Source: Paraphysomonas bandaiensis
Taxonomy: Eukaryota; Protista; Chrysophyceae
Reading direction: 5' to 3'
Assembly: GCA_965644295.1 (NCBI GenBank)
Contig: CBFFRP010000217.1
Span: 62,001-126,000 of the forward strand
DNA length: 64,000 nt
The notes below the pieces were generated by a model. That model ran no database searches and was not told the DNA's origin. It saw only the letters and a program-made list of their open reading frames with translations. A program made the position numbers and the translations under genes. Of the stretch, positions 21,741 to 33,794 are shown one piece after another; positions within the stretch are counted from its first letter, which is position 1, and each line of letters opens with the position of its first letter.

Positions 21741-24700
21741 CTTATGATCCTTCACCTGCTTATGATCCTCCACCTACTAGCAATGTGCCCCCAGCGGCTG
21801 TTGCCGCGTCGTTTCCGAGCATAGGTACTAATACTACTGTAAGTAGTAGTGGTAAAGATGGCTATATGCGTATGCAATGTATCCGAAATCAGGCTATTCG
21901 GTTGGAGCGTTTGCAGTCTCAAGCGAAGCAGGTGTAGCTATATGAGAATATGATATTACAAAACACAAGTAATAATAGCAGGGCCAACTTTTAACGCAAT
22001 AAATACTGCTAATAACAACTATACTTGCGACTTTTTCTTTATCTTTAACCTCTCAGATACAAATTACAGTAAAATAATAACTCAATACTTATATATGAAA
22101 CCTGGTGAAATTGCTTTACCAGGTTTTGGTATTACCTCGACTTAAAGACGCGTGCGAAGAATTCGATGAGGCTAAACGACAACTGGAGGAGTTCGAAATT
22201 GACAAACAAGGAGAACAGGTCAATATGCTCGGACCACAAGGAGGTGTGGAGAATGTCAAATGCTCATTCTGTATGAAAAAAGGGCATACCGCAAGTGTGT
22301 GTCGTGTCGAACACAAAAATAAAATTTTCCAGAAGTTCAAGCGAAATGGGAAGGCTAAAGCGAAGAATATGAGGAAAGGAGCGCAACAAGTGGGTTCAGA
22401 AGCATATACAGGGTGTTTTCATTGTGGTAGCAAAGAACACAAGGCTGCTGAGTGCAAAAGAGGGAACAAGAGGAAGATCGATAGGAAATATGAGAAAAAA
22501 GGCTCCAAGAAGGTTAAGAAGAGTTCATCAGTGGGGTGGTCCAAATACGTAGATGATGACGTTTCATCTGGAGAGGAGACCAACATGATAGATGGTGAAG
22601 TACTTCTGACTGAAACTGGAGATGAACGAGTGTACCTGGATAGTTGTGCTGGAAAGCAGTTGTTTATCGTCAAGGATGATAGAGTGCTGGAGAAGTATGT
22701 AGAAGAGCCGGGAGTAATATCACTGACCAGAAAGGGATCGGCGATGGAGACCCAAGGAGTGGGAAGTTTTCAGCAGTGGCGCGGCATCAAAGTATGTAAT
22801 GATGCAGTGAAGAATATTGTCTCTGGAGGTATGCTGCGGGCTATGGGGTATGGACTCGAATTACTGAGAGTACCAAAAATCGTAGAATTGAACACTGGCA
22901 GAGAGGTGTTGGTTGAAAATTACGATGAGCATGGAGGAATGCCATGGGTGGCATTGCATGATGTGTTAAATTTACGTTGCATATCGTCCTGCCATTATGT
23001 AATGGGGGGGGGGAAGCAGTGAAAAAGTGATGCTGTCCGATACAGTTCAGCAGGATCCCCTCGATTTACTGCACGAAAGGGCCGGTCATGTTGCTAAGGG
23101 AAAACTACTGGAGGCTCATAGACATATGCTGATCAAGGGAACAGGGCTACAGCGACATCATTTATCTAAGACTACCAAAAAGAAGTGTGAGACCAGTTTG
23201 TGCAAGTGGTGTGCTAAGGTGAAGATCACTAGACATGCATTTCGAGGACAAAGTGACCAGAATGTGGTGATGAAGGCGACAGCATTCCTGGAGCGCATTA
23301 CAGTGGATATTTCGGTTTATATGAATTGTCCATCTGTGGAGGGGTATAAGTACGCACTTGTATTTGTAGATACGGCTACGAAAGAATTCTGGGAATACGG
23401 TCTACGAACGAGAACTGGGGATGAAGTGTTAAAATGCGTGAAGCATCTCTGTGAAGTCAGGCTACCAAAATACCCAGGGTGGAACAGGATACAGCAGTAC
23501 CATGCTGATGGTGGACCAGAGTTGATGGACAGGCGAATCAAAGAATACTTGTTACAAAAATTTGGAACCACATTCTCCTATACACTACTAGGGAGACACC
23601 AGAATTAAACGGTGTTTCAGAACGGAAATTCAGGACACTAGGAGAAATGACATTATCGCTTTTATTGTCATCGGGTATGCCAAAAGCGGAGTGGTAGAAA
23701 GCCTTTAGACATGCATGCTGGGTTCTTAGGAGATTACCCACAAAGACCTATAGAGGGTGGATGTCACCCTACGAGTGAGTTCCTGGAGGAACGGTGCCAG
23801 ATTTTTCTTGGTTACGGAAATGGGGGTGCAAGGCGTACGTTCTCATCCCGAAGGCAGATCGCAGGAAAGACTGGGAAGAAAAGGCACAGATTGGATACTT
23901 TGTAGGGTTCCCAGAGGAGCAAATGGGATACCAAGTATTGATTGGAGATACTATAGTTACGTCTGTGCATGTTTTATTCGATGAATCTGTGCCTGAGAGA
24001 TCGGCGGATTATTATCGAGAAATGGACGAGGCCATGGTTGCTGTGGATCCTCAGGAAAGAAATATTAGAGACTTCGATTACTTAATCGGAAAGACCCATG
24101 AAGATGGCGGCCACCTATACAAGACCACACGAATATTGGTTCGAAAAGGTTTGATTGTAGGGTATAGATCCCTATTGTCTGGTGGTGCGGAGCAAGTGGA
24201 AGATAAGACTCCTATTCACATCGCCGATATAAAGCGGATGAGTGAAGACCTTGCAACAAGAGCATCTGCAAGTTCTGGATCTCGTGACGACGGGACCAGC
24301 GGACATTTATCACAGCAGTGGACTGGGACGGTTCCATCCCCTTCTGACTTCGTAAGTGCTCCGGGAGAGGAAGCTCCATCAGATCGCTCATCAAGGGGCA
24401 GGCGTGCAAGGGCTCCAAGGCTGGTGACGAATGTGTCAGCTTTGGGTGAGATGCATTTATTGTCGTCATGTGTCGAAGACGAGTGCAGCCTATTACAGGA
24501 GGCAGATTCCATCTGGTGCTCGTCAGCGGGACCTAAGGTGCCTCAGACATATTCCGAATCCTTGGAGTTGCCGGAACGGAAGCAATGGAGTTCAGCAAGA
24601 CAAGCTGAACGTGACGGTTTAGAACGTAGGGGAGTCGTGGAAGTTAAGCCCATCCCTACCGGTGTCACTCCATTGAAATCTAAGTATGTTTTTGCCTTGA

Positions 24701-26300
24701 ACGCAACAAAGAGGGTGCGATTCAACGATATAAGGCAAGACTTGTGGTACTTGGATGCGGAGACCATGAAGGTGGCAGAGCCAACAATTATGCTCCAGTG
24801 GTAAAAGCGGTAACAGTATGAGATTGCTTTTAGCAATCGCTTTTGTTATGAATATGGTGGTGCATCAACTCAACGTATCTAATGCATTTTTGTATGCAGA
24901 TATACAAGGAGATGTGTATATGTATGCTACACCAGATTTTAAATTGCCACCAGGACATTGCTTTAAACTGAAGAAAAGTTTATATGGTCTTCGAAGCTCA
25001 CCACGGTCATGGTATAAATGCCTTAATAAGTTTATTAAGTCCTTGCATTTTATATATCATGTATACTTGACCCATGTTTATATTTTACACGGATCAGGGG
25101 TAAATTAGTTCTGTTAGTAATATATGTAGATGATATGCTGATAGCATGTCGAGATACGAGTATTATTTTGGAAATTAAGCGACGAGTATGTGAAAGGTTC
25201 GATATTACAGATATGAATGAGATTGGCCAGTTTTTGAACGTGAGAGTGACGAGAACTCAGAATTGTCTCAAACTTGACCAGACAGTGTACATCAAAAAAT
25301 ATTGGCGAAGTATGTGGATTTTCTGGGTCCAAGGGACATGACTCGGCGATACCCACTACCTAGTGATGTCATGGATAGGACCAAAGTGGGAGTGGAACAT
25401 GTGCATTCGACTGAAGAGCAGGAATTAGTTGACAATTTTCCCTATCGTCCACTAATAGGAGCGTTACTTTATTTATCTATGAATACAAGGCCGGATATAT
25501 CATATGCAGTGGGAGTACTGTCACGATTCTCAACGAAAGTGAATATCACTGTATGTAAACTAATGATACATTTCATGCAGTATGTACGAGGTACTACGGA
25601 AAAAGGCATTCAATATAGAGGGAAAGATTTTGCTCTTCATATGTTCACTGATGCTGACTGGGCGGGTGACCCGTTGACGAGGAGATCAACTTCAGGTTAT
25701 GTTATGTTTGGAGCTGGTGGACCACTATCGTGGGGTTCCAAACTTCAGTCTACTGTAGCTACATCGACTATGCAAGCAGAGTATCAATGCTTATATAATG
25801 GATTACAGGAAATGATATGATCTCGGGGGGTGACTGGTGAAGTAGGATTGAAAATTGACGAGCCCACACCATTATTCATTAGTCAAAGTGCTCAGGATAT
25901 ATCGGAAAATCCAGTGCAACATCAACGATCGAAACATATTGAGATTAAGTATCATATGATTAGAGAGCATGTGGATCCCGAACAGTTTAATACAGCGAAA
26001 TTAATTCATGTGAGCAGTCGACAACAGATGGCTGATATATATACCAAGGCTTTGTGTGGTCCAATATTCATTGAACAGAGGGAGCGAAATCTTGGGGAAA
26101 AATTTAAGACTACTGCCCAAATTATCGCAGAGGTACCCAAGGTAAAGAGAGTTCGTCGTAACTAGATAGAGGTGAATGAATGGTGGGAGCTAGCTATACC
26201 AGCGGAGTCATACGTCCACCAGTGTCCTATGAGGTTCGGTGGTTGCGTATCCGATAGCAATGTTCTTCACAAATTTTAGAATGGTTAACTACATCCAATT

Positions 26301-26309
26301 GAGTGGGAG
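26301..26309 (+). promoter_or_regulatory. Polypurine tract of the copia element
   Basis: GAGTGGGAG directly abuts the 3' LTR. Confidence 0.7.
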
Positions 26310-26655
26310 TGTTGAGTTCTGCAATATGATGTGATATATATTGTGCAATTGAAGTGAGTTAACAGTGTGCAATAGGTAATGTCAACTCATAGGTGTAACG
26401 GGTGATTATAGTTACAAAGGAATTAAATTCAGTTACTGATGTGTGACTATACAAGATATAGAACTGACTGATGAACATATGATAAACAGATGTTGCTATA
26501 AGAACAGATGTTTCAACATATGTTACACGAATATGTAGTGAAGTGTCCAGAATAATAATCATAATTTCTTACTTGAAAGTGCATTGTGTTCAACAGCAAG
26601 GTTACGGTTTACGTGTAGAGCAAAGTTAACTTCAGTGAAATGTCCTATGTTAACA
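26310..26655 (+). repeat. 3' LTR (346 bp)
   Basis: Near-identical to 19198-19542 and followed by the TSD AAATG. Confidence 0.95.
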
Positions 26656-27055
26656 AAATGCATTTGCGACTACGTAAGAGATCCTGAAATCTTTATCTTT
26701 AGTAACAAATAATGTATTCAGATGCTAAGGTCCAGCGTTACTCACTTGTAGCCTATTGTACCTAAGCTCAATGTACGCTTTGACGATAGATACTATTCGG
26801 GACATATTCAATAAAATGTAACTATTATCAGATCATCGGAATATACAGCGGTTAGTCTCTAAGTCTCTAACATGAATGAGTAATGAGTATATCAGTGGAC
26901 AGTACACGGTAGATACTCTCGTTAAAAACAAATAAGTAATTAATCTACTTACCTGTGATATTCATATCCACCATACACATCACACAAATGTCACCACTTG
27001 ATGTAATTGTTAACATAAAAAACAACTACGTTTATAATACAAGCTCATTCATCAT

Positions 27056-28521
27056 CTAAGAGCCGAAGACACATCTTTCCTTCGCCTCCAACTCCATTTC
27101 CTGCCTCTGGCGTCTTTGGTCCTCGAAGTAAGACATCACATCGTTCGCTATTGGCAGGACTCCTTCAGGAGTATCGATTTCACCATTGTCTTGTGTTGGT
27201 GTGTCAATTTCTACTTCCTCGGCCTTGTCGTGGTTGTCGTACGAATGTAAAACAGAATCGTACCCCAGCGCAGTGAGATGTTTCTGGGACAGGCCCGCCG
27301 ACGATTTAGCGTTCACAATATCGGATATGATGTGATACACATCCGGGTAGTGTACCAACTCTCGAGCCAGTACATGTCGCTTCTCTTCACTGTCAGGAGA
27401 CGCGTCATCGAGGATTCCTATGCTATCATTAAGGATATCTTCGAATGGCCTAAAAAGAAATTCATCATAACCAAGAACAAACTATATGCAACATGATATC
27501 CATTTTCAAAGTCATAAACTTTAAGATAGTCACCTTCTTTGAAGCTTCGACCAGTGACCTACAGTAGCGAGATTAGCACATTGACCGAGAAAATCCTTGA
27601 GGCCATCTTGCTTTGCTCGCAGGGTGACTATTTTTGACAGTAACTCTCGTTTCTCCGTCTGTGCACGTTGCCGCGTACTCAAGTGAGGAAGAGGAGATAA
27701 ACGAGTGTTTGCTGTGGGTTTGGTTTGCATTGCAGGCATAGAAGGAGCCAGTGGGTCATCACGGGATATTTTAAACTCCTTCTGGAGCTGTGTGCGCCAA
27801 TTGGGACCCCCAGTAGGCAGAGTTGCTTGATTATACTGCAACTCCAGGGTGTACGAACTATCGCTGTTACTGCCTATTGAGCCATCGAATGCGAACTGTT
27901 CAAACAACTCTCCTCGTTCTACTTTTGAGTGAGCTGGGAAACGTACACCATGAAAAAATTATCACCTTTTTTGAATTTCTTGTACTTGTCCTTCGCGGCT
28001 CGAAGTTTCTCAAGAAGCCAGTCACGTTCTCGTTCTAATTACTCACATGAATTACGATATGCAAGCAACATAAAAACGTTACCTGTTGCCTGTATGAGTG
28101 CTTTAATATCTCTCATTTTCTTTCTATATTCGTTGGTTTCGACATCTAGACGCATCGCTTCCGTGCGAAACCACTTCTGGTCGGAGTCGAGTTTTTTAAT
28201 CTTCTCTTCTCGAGTGGTATCATTCGCAATAGCAGTCGCTTTCTCTCTAAGATTATATAATTCCCGCTGAACATCACTCATATGGTGTTCATATGCTTGT
28301 AAGTATTCCTGCCGCTGCTTGTCTATCAGCACATCAACCTACATACAAAGTCATCAGCACATTAACACAGACCATCCTATACAAACCTTCTTGGCAAAAT
28401 GTTGAACCACTTCCTGAACTTTAGCATAGTCTTTTCTCACAGATATACTGAGAGCAGACTTCTTGGTCTTTTTCCCCGGAGGATCGGACTGCTTTACCTC
28501 TGTGATGAAGGACTTCGACAT
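27056..28521 (-). CDS. Hypothetical coiled-coil protein (multi-exon)
   Basis: Exons MSKSFITEVK...FAKK | VDVLIDKQRQEYLQAYEHHM... | ERERDWLLEKL... | ... | ...ELEAKERCVFGS* are separated by short GT-AG introns; charged heptad-like composition. Confidence 0.65.
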
Positions 28522-29299
28522 CGAAGCTATGGAGTAGTAGGGAGAAGTCTCTCACTATATGACGAACCTTAAACGATAGAGTCCTTCTAAATACTCTCAC
28601 TGCTCTCTATTAACTGCGCCGAGAGTTCCATACACATAACTCTCCGACATCTCCTCTGCGTATATACACGTATATATATAGCATAGCATACACCTGTATA
28701 CAGCAGTGTACATGCTGTACATTCACACAACAGTCAACTGTTGTATTCCATGTATATCACGTATACCGGTATACAGCCGTGTATGTCCAGATCACTGTAC
28801 CGTGTCCACTGTGGTGTTGTGTAGACCCCCGCTCTGCTCTCTTGTTGTGCTATCTATGAATAGTTGGACACTTTGAACAGCAAACAACAGTGATTATCTG
28901 TTCATATAGATCGACCGAATGTGAACAATAGTTAGGCACTGCGAGTTCATCTCAAGATATGGTGTAAGGATACACGAACCCTAATATCTGGAATGATGTG
29001 TACGCCCAGTAGTAAAATTGAGAACTCTACACAACAGTGTATTGCATTCTATGGTATCTAACAGTACAGTTCACGTGTTTTAGTTATTTAGTTAGAGTAA
29101 TCACGTCTTCGGAGTATGATCAAAGTTTCAACTTACGAAGAACTCAGATATGTAAAGATAGTATTCTGCTGGTCATCAGAATATATTGTTTTGTATGTTT
29201 CAATCACAATCTCAAGCGAAGCTTTTAGTATAATACATTGAAATTTAATACACTATCGGCTTGTATTGTTATTCCCTATGCTCTGTAGCCTGTAATGCA

Positions 29300-29572
29300 G
29301 TTGTCCCTACTAAATTTAACCGACATTACTACTAAATTAAAAAGTGCCATTTGTTTCTACTAAGTATTGCGGACGTCCCTATTAAACTACGAATGGCAGC
29401 TGAGCCTACTAATTTTTCAGACATTCCTACTAAAAGAATATTATTCGATATTACTGAATTTATATACGGCTCGATAGCCATTATTAGTTTTGTAGGAACA
29501 TCAGCAAACATTTGCAGGAACTAATGTCACTTTCTAGTTTAGTAGGAACAAATGAAAGAATTTAGTACGTTT
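29300..29572. repeat. Degenerate foldback/MITE-like inverted array of CCTACTAA motifs
   Basis: About 6 CCTACTAA-like copies on the left and about 4 inverted TTAGTAGG-like copies on the right, spaced roughly 24 bp. 29348-29363 and 29539-29554 are 15/16 reverse-complementary. Confidence 0.5.
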
Positions 29573-30206
29573 TAAAATGAACCCGATTTTGAAGCTCTGA
29601 AGAACTTCTGCAGTGCATACACAGTACGCATAAATGTGTTTAACGTATCAGTACCCCGTCGCCCCTGTGTCTCCGGTCGGGAGTGCTCGAATCACTAATC
29701 TAAAATCTTGTGCCTCCACAAATTTCTGCGGAGCCTTACCCCAAGGGGCGTCTCCTTCTGTACGTCAAGGCCTCACGTCCACAAGAACGGAAGTGGCGAT
29801 GAACAAGTAGCTTCTGTAGCGTTACATAGTAGGATATGAGAATTTGCACCAGTTAGTTACAGGTAGAAGTTGATCTAGCTTGACTAGTTTTCATCTAGCT
29901 ACTTATCTGGTGATGATTCTTGACGCCTACTTAAGAGTAATAGCCTCCTGGCTACTTCTTAACAGTAATGAGCAGGCACAGCTTCATATCCTACTCCATC
30001 TTTTATATATGTACGATTTTTTCAATGAACATTGCGAAACTGAAACTAATGAGCATCTGCCTAATATACTACAATCAGTGTTGCATATAAAACCATCTCG
30101 TCTTCATTTAACCGATATATTGCACATGGAGGAGTCTGCAGGGAGACAACAAACAAGATGCGCGTGTAACGATCCCACGTGCGAAAAACTTAGTGACTAT
30201 ATAGTA

Positions 30207-31694
30207 TCAAGCAATAGTACTTCTACTGCAGCCAGACCCATTGGGACCTGGAGAACGAGTCTTCCGAATATTTTGCCATTCGTGCCGCTCAAAGTCTCTG
30301 CACGCTTCTGCTGCAGCCTACACACAATTGTTGACCACTTGTATACGCTAAACATTGGTCAACGAACCTGGCCCATAGCTCCTACTTCCCATACTCTACT
30401 GTATGCAGGGGTGCTGCATTCAAATTAATAAAATAATGCACAGAGCATATTACAACGAAATTATGTAACATGATATGATACCGCTTTATAACAACTGTTG
30501 TCAACTGTAGACAACAGGCTATTTGAAAAACAGAATACTACACAATCTTACCGAATAATATCTAGTAGTGAAATGGGACCACTGTGTTCGCAATCATTTT
30601 CACTAAGTATCTCACAGCTGGATGATTCCAACGATATGGGGCTAATATCCGCTTCTCTGCATACACAACGCGTTCACATCATTTATACTTCCCATGAAGT
30701 TGCAGCAGCGAATCTACCTGTGTAGGGCCGATACGGTAATAGTATAGGAATCAAGACAAGGAGCATCATTCGAAAATCCCCCATCAACGACAAGTCCAAT
30801 CTGAATTAATTGCGTGTGTAAGTTTTGTTGGATATGCATACAACTAGGTTAAAATACATTCATAAAATACTTGATATGCAGAGCACAACTAACAGAAACT
30901 CTTCTGCATCGCTGTTGCTACATACCTCTGGAGAGCACTGAACAGGGAAGTCCCGAATAAAAGCAAAGGGCAAGCACATAGATCCAACGATGGTATGTAT
31001 CAGCTCCTCGCGGGTTGCAAAGTGACTGCACAAACATAACAAAGAGAGAACATATTATTTCAAAAATAGTACCTAACTACTTTATTACGCATTGACGGAT
31101 ACTGCGTAACAGATATATATAGGCGACCGGAACATCGGGTGTGAGCGTCAGAAGGCAGATACTCGTCCCACAACTGGAAGTAGAACTCTTTCGAGTCATA
31201 CAGACATCCTAATAATCCGCGGCTCTCAAAGTGAGTCATGCATTTGCCCCAGTCGCATTTACACCATTCATAGGGATCCAGTCCACATGCCAATGGTACA
31301 GCAGCAAATATCCCACTGGAAGATGCGAAAAACTTAATGTTTTCTATGTCATAATTTCGATACACCCAAGTACCAACTCCAATTGCGAACATCCACAATT
31401 GCCCACCTACTTAATATAAGCTGTGTATTTAAACATGTATTTCTACTAACCTCCCATAAAACTGATACTGGGACAAAATTGCTTGGGTGCCTTATGTTTC
31501 GGTAGGTGACACCTCCTGGTAACAACTGTGTATCCAGTCATAAGGAAATGTTCAACCCCCGATAAAACAGCATCAAAAACAATAGAGAGATTTAAAACTG
31601 CTGTGAAGGAGAGAAACAAACACACGGAATACGTTACAAGGGCAGGAATATACAGGATTTGTCCCATCATGTACGATTCCGTGGACGCACCCAT
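30207..31694 (-). CDS. Patatin-like phospholipase (PNPLA family) with N-terminal hydrophobic segment, multi-exon
   Basis: Gly-rich loop SFMGG|GQLW, nucleophile elbow ASSSG (GxSxG variant), SGRLYISVT, GSMCLPF and catalytic VDGGFS. The start codon could be 31694 or 31670. Confidence 0.85.
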
Positions 31695-32389
31695 GACAGC
31701 CAACACGTGCACAAAGAAAAGCTATATGCACTTACAACAATCCACGAACAAAAATTCACAAAGAAAAACCTTTCTACTTTTGAATATTGAGTGGAATGTG
31801 CATAAATAAGTAATATTCTATGGCTGCTTGTATGAGTGAGTTGCAAAGACGGGGTGGATATTAGCGACGCTATGGAGCATATCTCCAACGCCTAACTGTA
31901 GTAGGTTTAAATACGGTTTTGCTCAACAGTCGTACTTCTCCCTCTTCCACTCGACACAATAGCAAAATTGACAAATAAAATCGATGATACAGTAAACTAT
32001 TGGTGGGTGAGAGGCGGAAGTTGTTGGCTGTAGGGCCATATACGATTGTATCCAATGGTTTCATACTATAGTAATTTTATTTGCTAATAGTGATGTTTTT
32101 TTTTATCAAAGTCGGAAACTGGCGATTAATATGATGGGAAAACTACGAATATCCACTACGACTGTACAGTGACAGAGTCGGAAAAGGTCAATTTTAGGAC
32201 GGAAAAAATGATTATTTCCCAAATTTCTAAAATCGAACTCTGAATTATCACAAATTTCGCAAATTCAATACTGTTGATCGTCGATTGGATTTGCGTCGAC
32301 TTCAGGCAATATCACTCTCAAGTATCTTTTTCTACCGTTCCTTCATACGTCAAGGTGAATGCAGTCTTGACTGAGCGGATTTGTCAACT

Positions 32390-33079
32390 ATGTGGATGTT
32401 TCTTGTTGTGCTGTGTTTTACGCAGTCACTGTCAACGGCAGCGAACGCTCTTACTAGTGATTACTGCGATGATATCGCTCCCAAAGGCGCAAATAACTCC
32501 TTTGCACTATGCAAGAATTGTACTGATGCTGGTTGCGGATGGTGCTCGAATGGATATGTTTCATTTTGCTTTGAAGATATCTTGAACTATGAATATATAT
32601 GCGATTACACGACTTATACTGGATCTGGAGTATGTGATCACGACTGGTCTGATGCCATTGACGATGCAGTACTTTTGGCTATTTTACTGTCTGTCTTTGT
32701 GCCATTCGTATTTACTTGCTGTATACTCGTACTTGTTAAAGAAATTCGACATGATATATCCACGTGGTGCAAGTCTCATTGTTGTCAGTTGAAATGTTGT
32801 TTTGGAAAAAAGTCTCTTGAAGTCGACTTGATCAGCAATTCTCACACACCATGTCCCATGACTCTGGATGAGCTTATTGAGTGCGGTACATCAAGCACGA
32901 CACTACGAAAGGCAGGATTTACTGCCATTCAGCTCCGCGAAAAAGGGCTTTCAGTTGAAGATATCATAATTGCGGAATATAGTCCGAAGGAACTACTGGA
33001 TGCTGGAATTGCGACATCAGGTGCCATTGAGGTGAACGATATGGAAAACTACCCCGATACTCGAAAATGTGTATTATGA
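32390..33079 (+). CDS. Small type-I membrane protein with a Cys-rich PSI-like ectodomain
   Basis: Signal peptide MWMFLVVLCFTQSLSTA, CKNCTDAGCGWC motif, TM AVLLAILLSVFVPFVFTCCILVLV, C-terminal LRKAGF/LREKGL/LLDAGI repeats; single ORF. Confidence 0.7.
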   Translation: MWMFLVVLCFTQSLSTAANALTSDYCDDIAPKGANNSFALCKNCTDAGCGWCSNGYVSFCFEDILNYEYICDYTTYTGSGVCDHDWSDAIDDAVLLAILLSVFVPFVFTCCILVLVKEIRHDISTWCKSHCCQLKCCFGKKSLEVDLISNSHTPCPMTLDELIECGTSSTTLRKAGFTAIQLREKGLSVEDIIIAEYSPKELLDAGIATSGAIEVNDMENYPDTRKCVL

Positions 33080-33710
33080 TTGTTCATTAAAAGTTTATTT
33101 TGCCTTCTACGAATCGCACACTATTCCTGAAAAGTGTAGCCAACAAACCCTACGATATAGTTCCCATGCATTGCCGACTTTACAAATAAAATACAAGCTA
33201 AATTGGGTGCGTACTTTTTATTGAGTAGCAGAACATTAGTAGGTTCCAATTTGAATCGAGCATATACTGCTGTGTCAAAAGTATATAACAAGCAATAAAC
33301 TGATGGTTCTGCTATGCGATACCGCTAAGAAGAATCCAATGATCTATATGCATCGCAATGTAATTTCAAAACGAAAAATATATAACAATAAGAATTTACA
33401 TTTTTTCGGAAGCATTTTACTATTTCAAATATTCATTATTCAGGCACCTCTAAGAAATAATATTAAGAAATCTGTGACGGATAGAGTACAAATGAGCTAC
33501 AATATATCTAAGTCCAAGTTATATTAATGATTATACTACGTTGCTAGTATTAATAGCTTTTCTGATTTAGAATAGTTGACATATCCAGACTCAATGTTAT
33601 ATGGTAAAAGGATATGCTCTTCGTTGCATATTGGTCCACTAAAGTACCCCCAAAAACAGCATCATTGAAGTGGGCTGTAGAGTGTAGAGCTGCAGCAGAA
33701 CATCAGAATT

Positions 33711-33794
33711 ATGAGGAGTGTGTCTCTCATCAGTCTTACAGTATCATGAGGAGTGTGTCTCTCATCAGTCTTACAGTATCATGAGGAGTGTGTC
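33711..33794. repeat. 35-bp tandem repeat (about 2.4 copies)
   Basis: atgaggagtgtgtctctcatcagtcttacagtatc starts at 33711 and 33746, with a partial copy at 33781. Confidence 0.8.

Larger units (their letters stand above)
20148..22143. mobile_element. Non-autonomous TIR DNA transposon (about 2.0 kb) nested in copia gag
   Basis: Perfect 25-bp TIRs AAGTCGAGGTAATACCAAAACCTGG / CCAGGTTTTGGTATTACCTCGACTT flanked by AAA on both sides. Removing the element and one AAA restores gag (..YQIVK|DACEEF..). No transposase ORF seen. Confidence 0.9.
19542..26166 (+). pseudogene. Copia gag-pol polyprotein, interrupted by an insertion, frameshifts and stops
   Basis: Zinc knuckles CSFCMKKGHTASVC and CFHCGSKEHKAAEC, protease YLDSCA, integrase HERAGH/CKWC, HADGGPE and PELNGVSERK, RT QLNVSNAF/LKKSLYGL/YVDDML, RNase H FTDADWAGD and SKHIEIKYH. 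These are spread over several frames. Confidence 0.93.
19198..26655 (+). mobile_element. Full-length Ty1/copia LTR retrotransposon (defective; gag interrupted by a nested TIR element)
   Basis: TG...CA LTRs at 19198-19542 and 26310-26655, 5-bp TSD AAATG (19193-19197 and 26656-26660), PBS and PPT present, domain order gag-PR-IN-RT-RH. Confidence 0.97.

Noticed and set aside
29880-30428. 182-aa plus-strand ORF
   Set aside because: Non-ATG start, antisense to the patatin 3' exons and no recognisable motifs.
33711-33794. Palindromic 35-bp repeat resembling a CRISPR repeat
   Set aside because: Directly tandem with no spacers and only about 2.4 copies.
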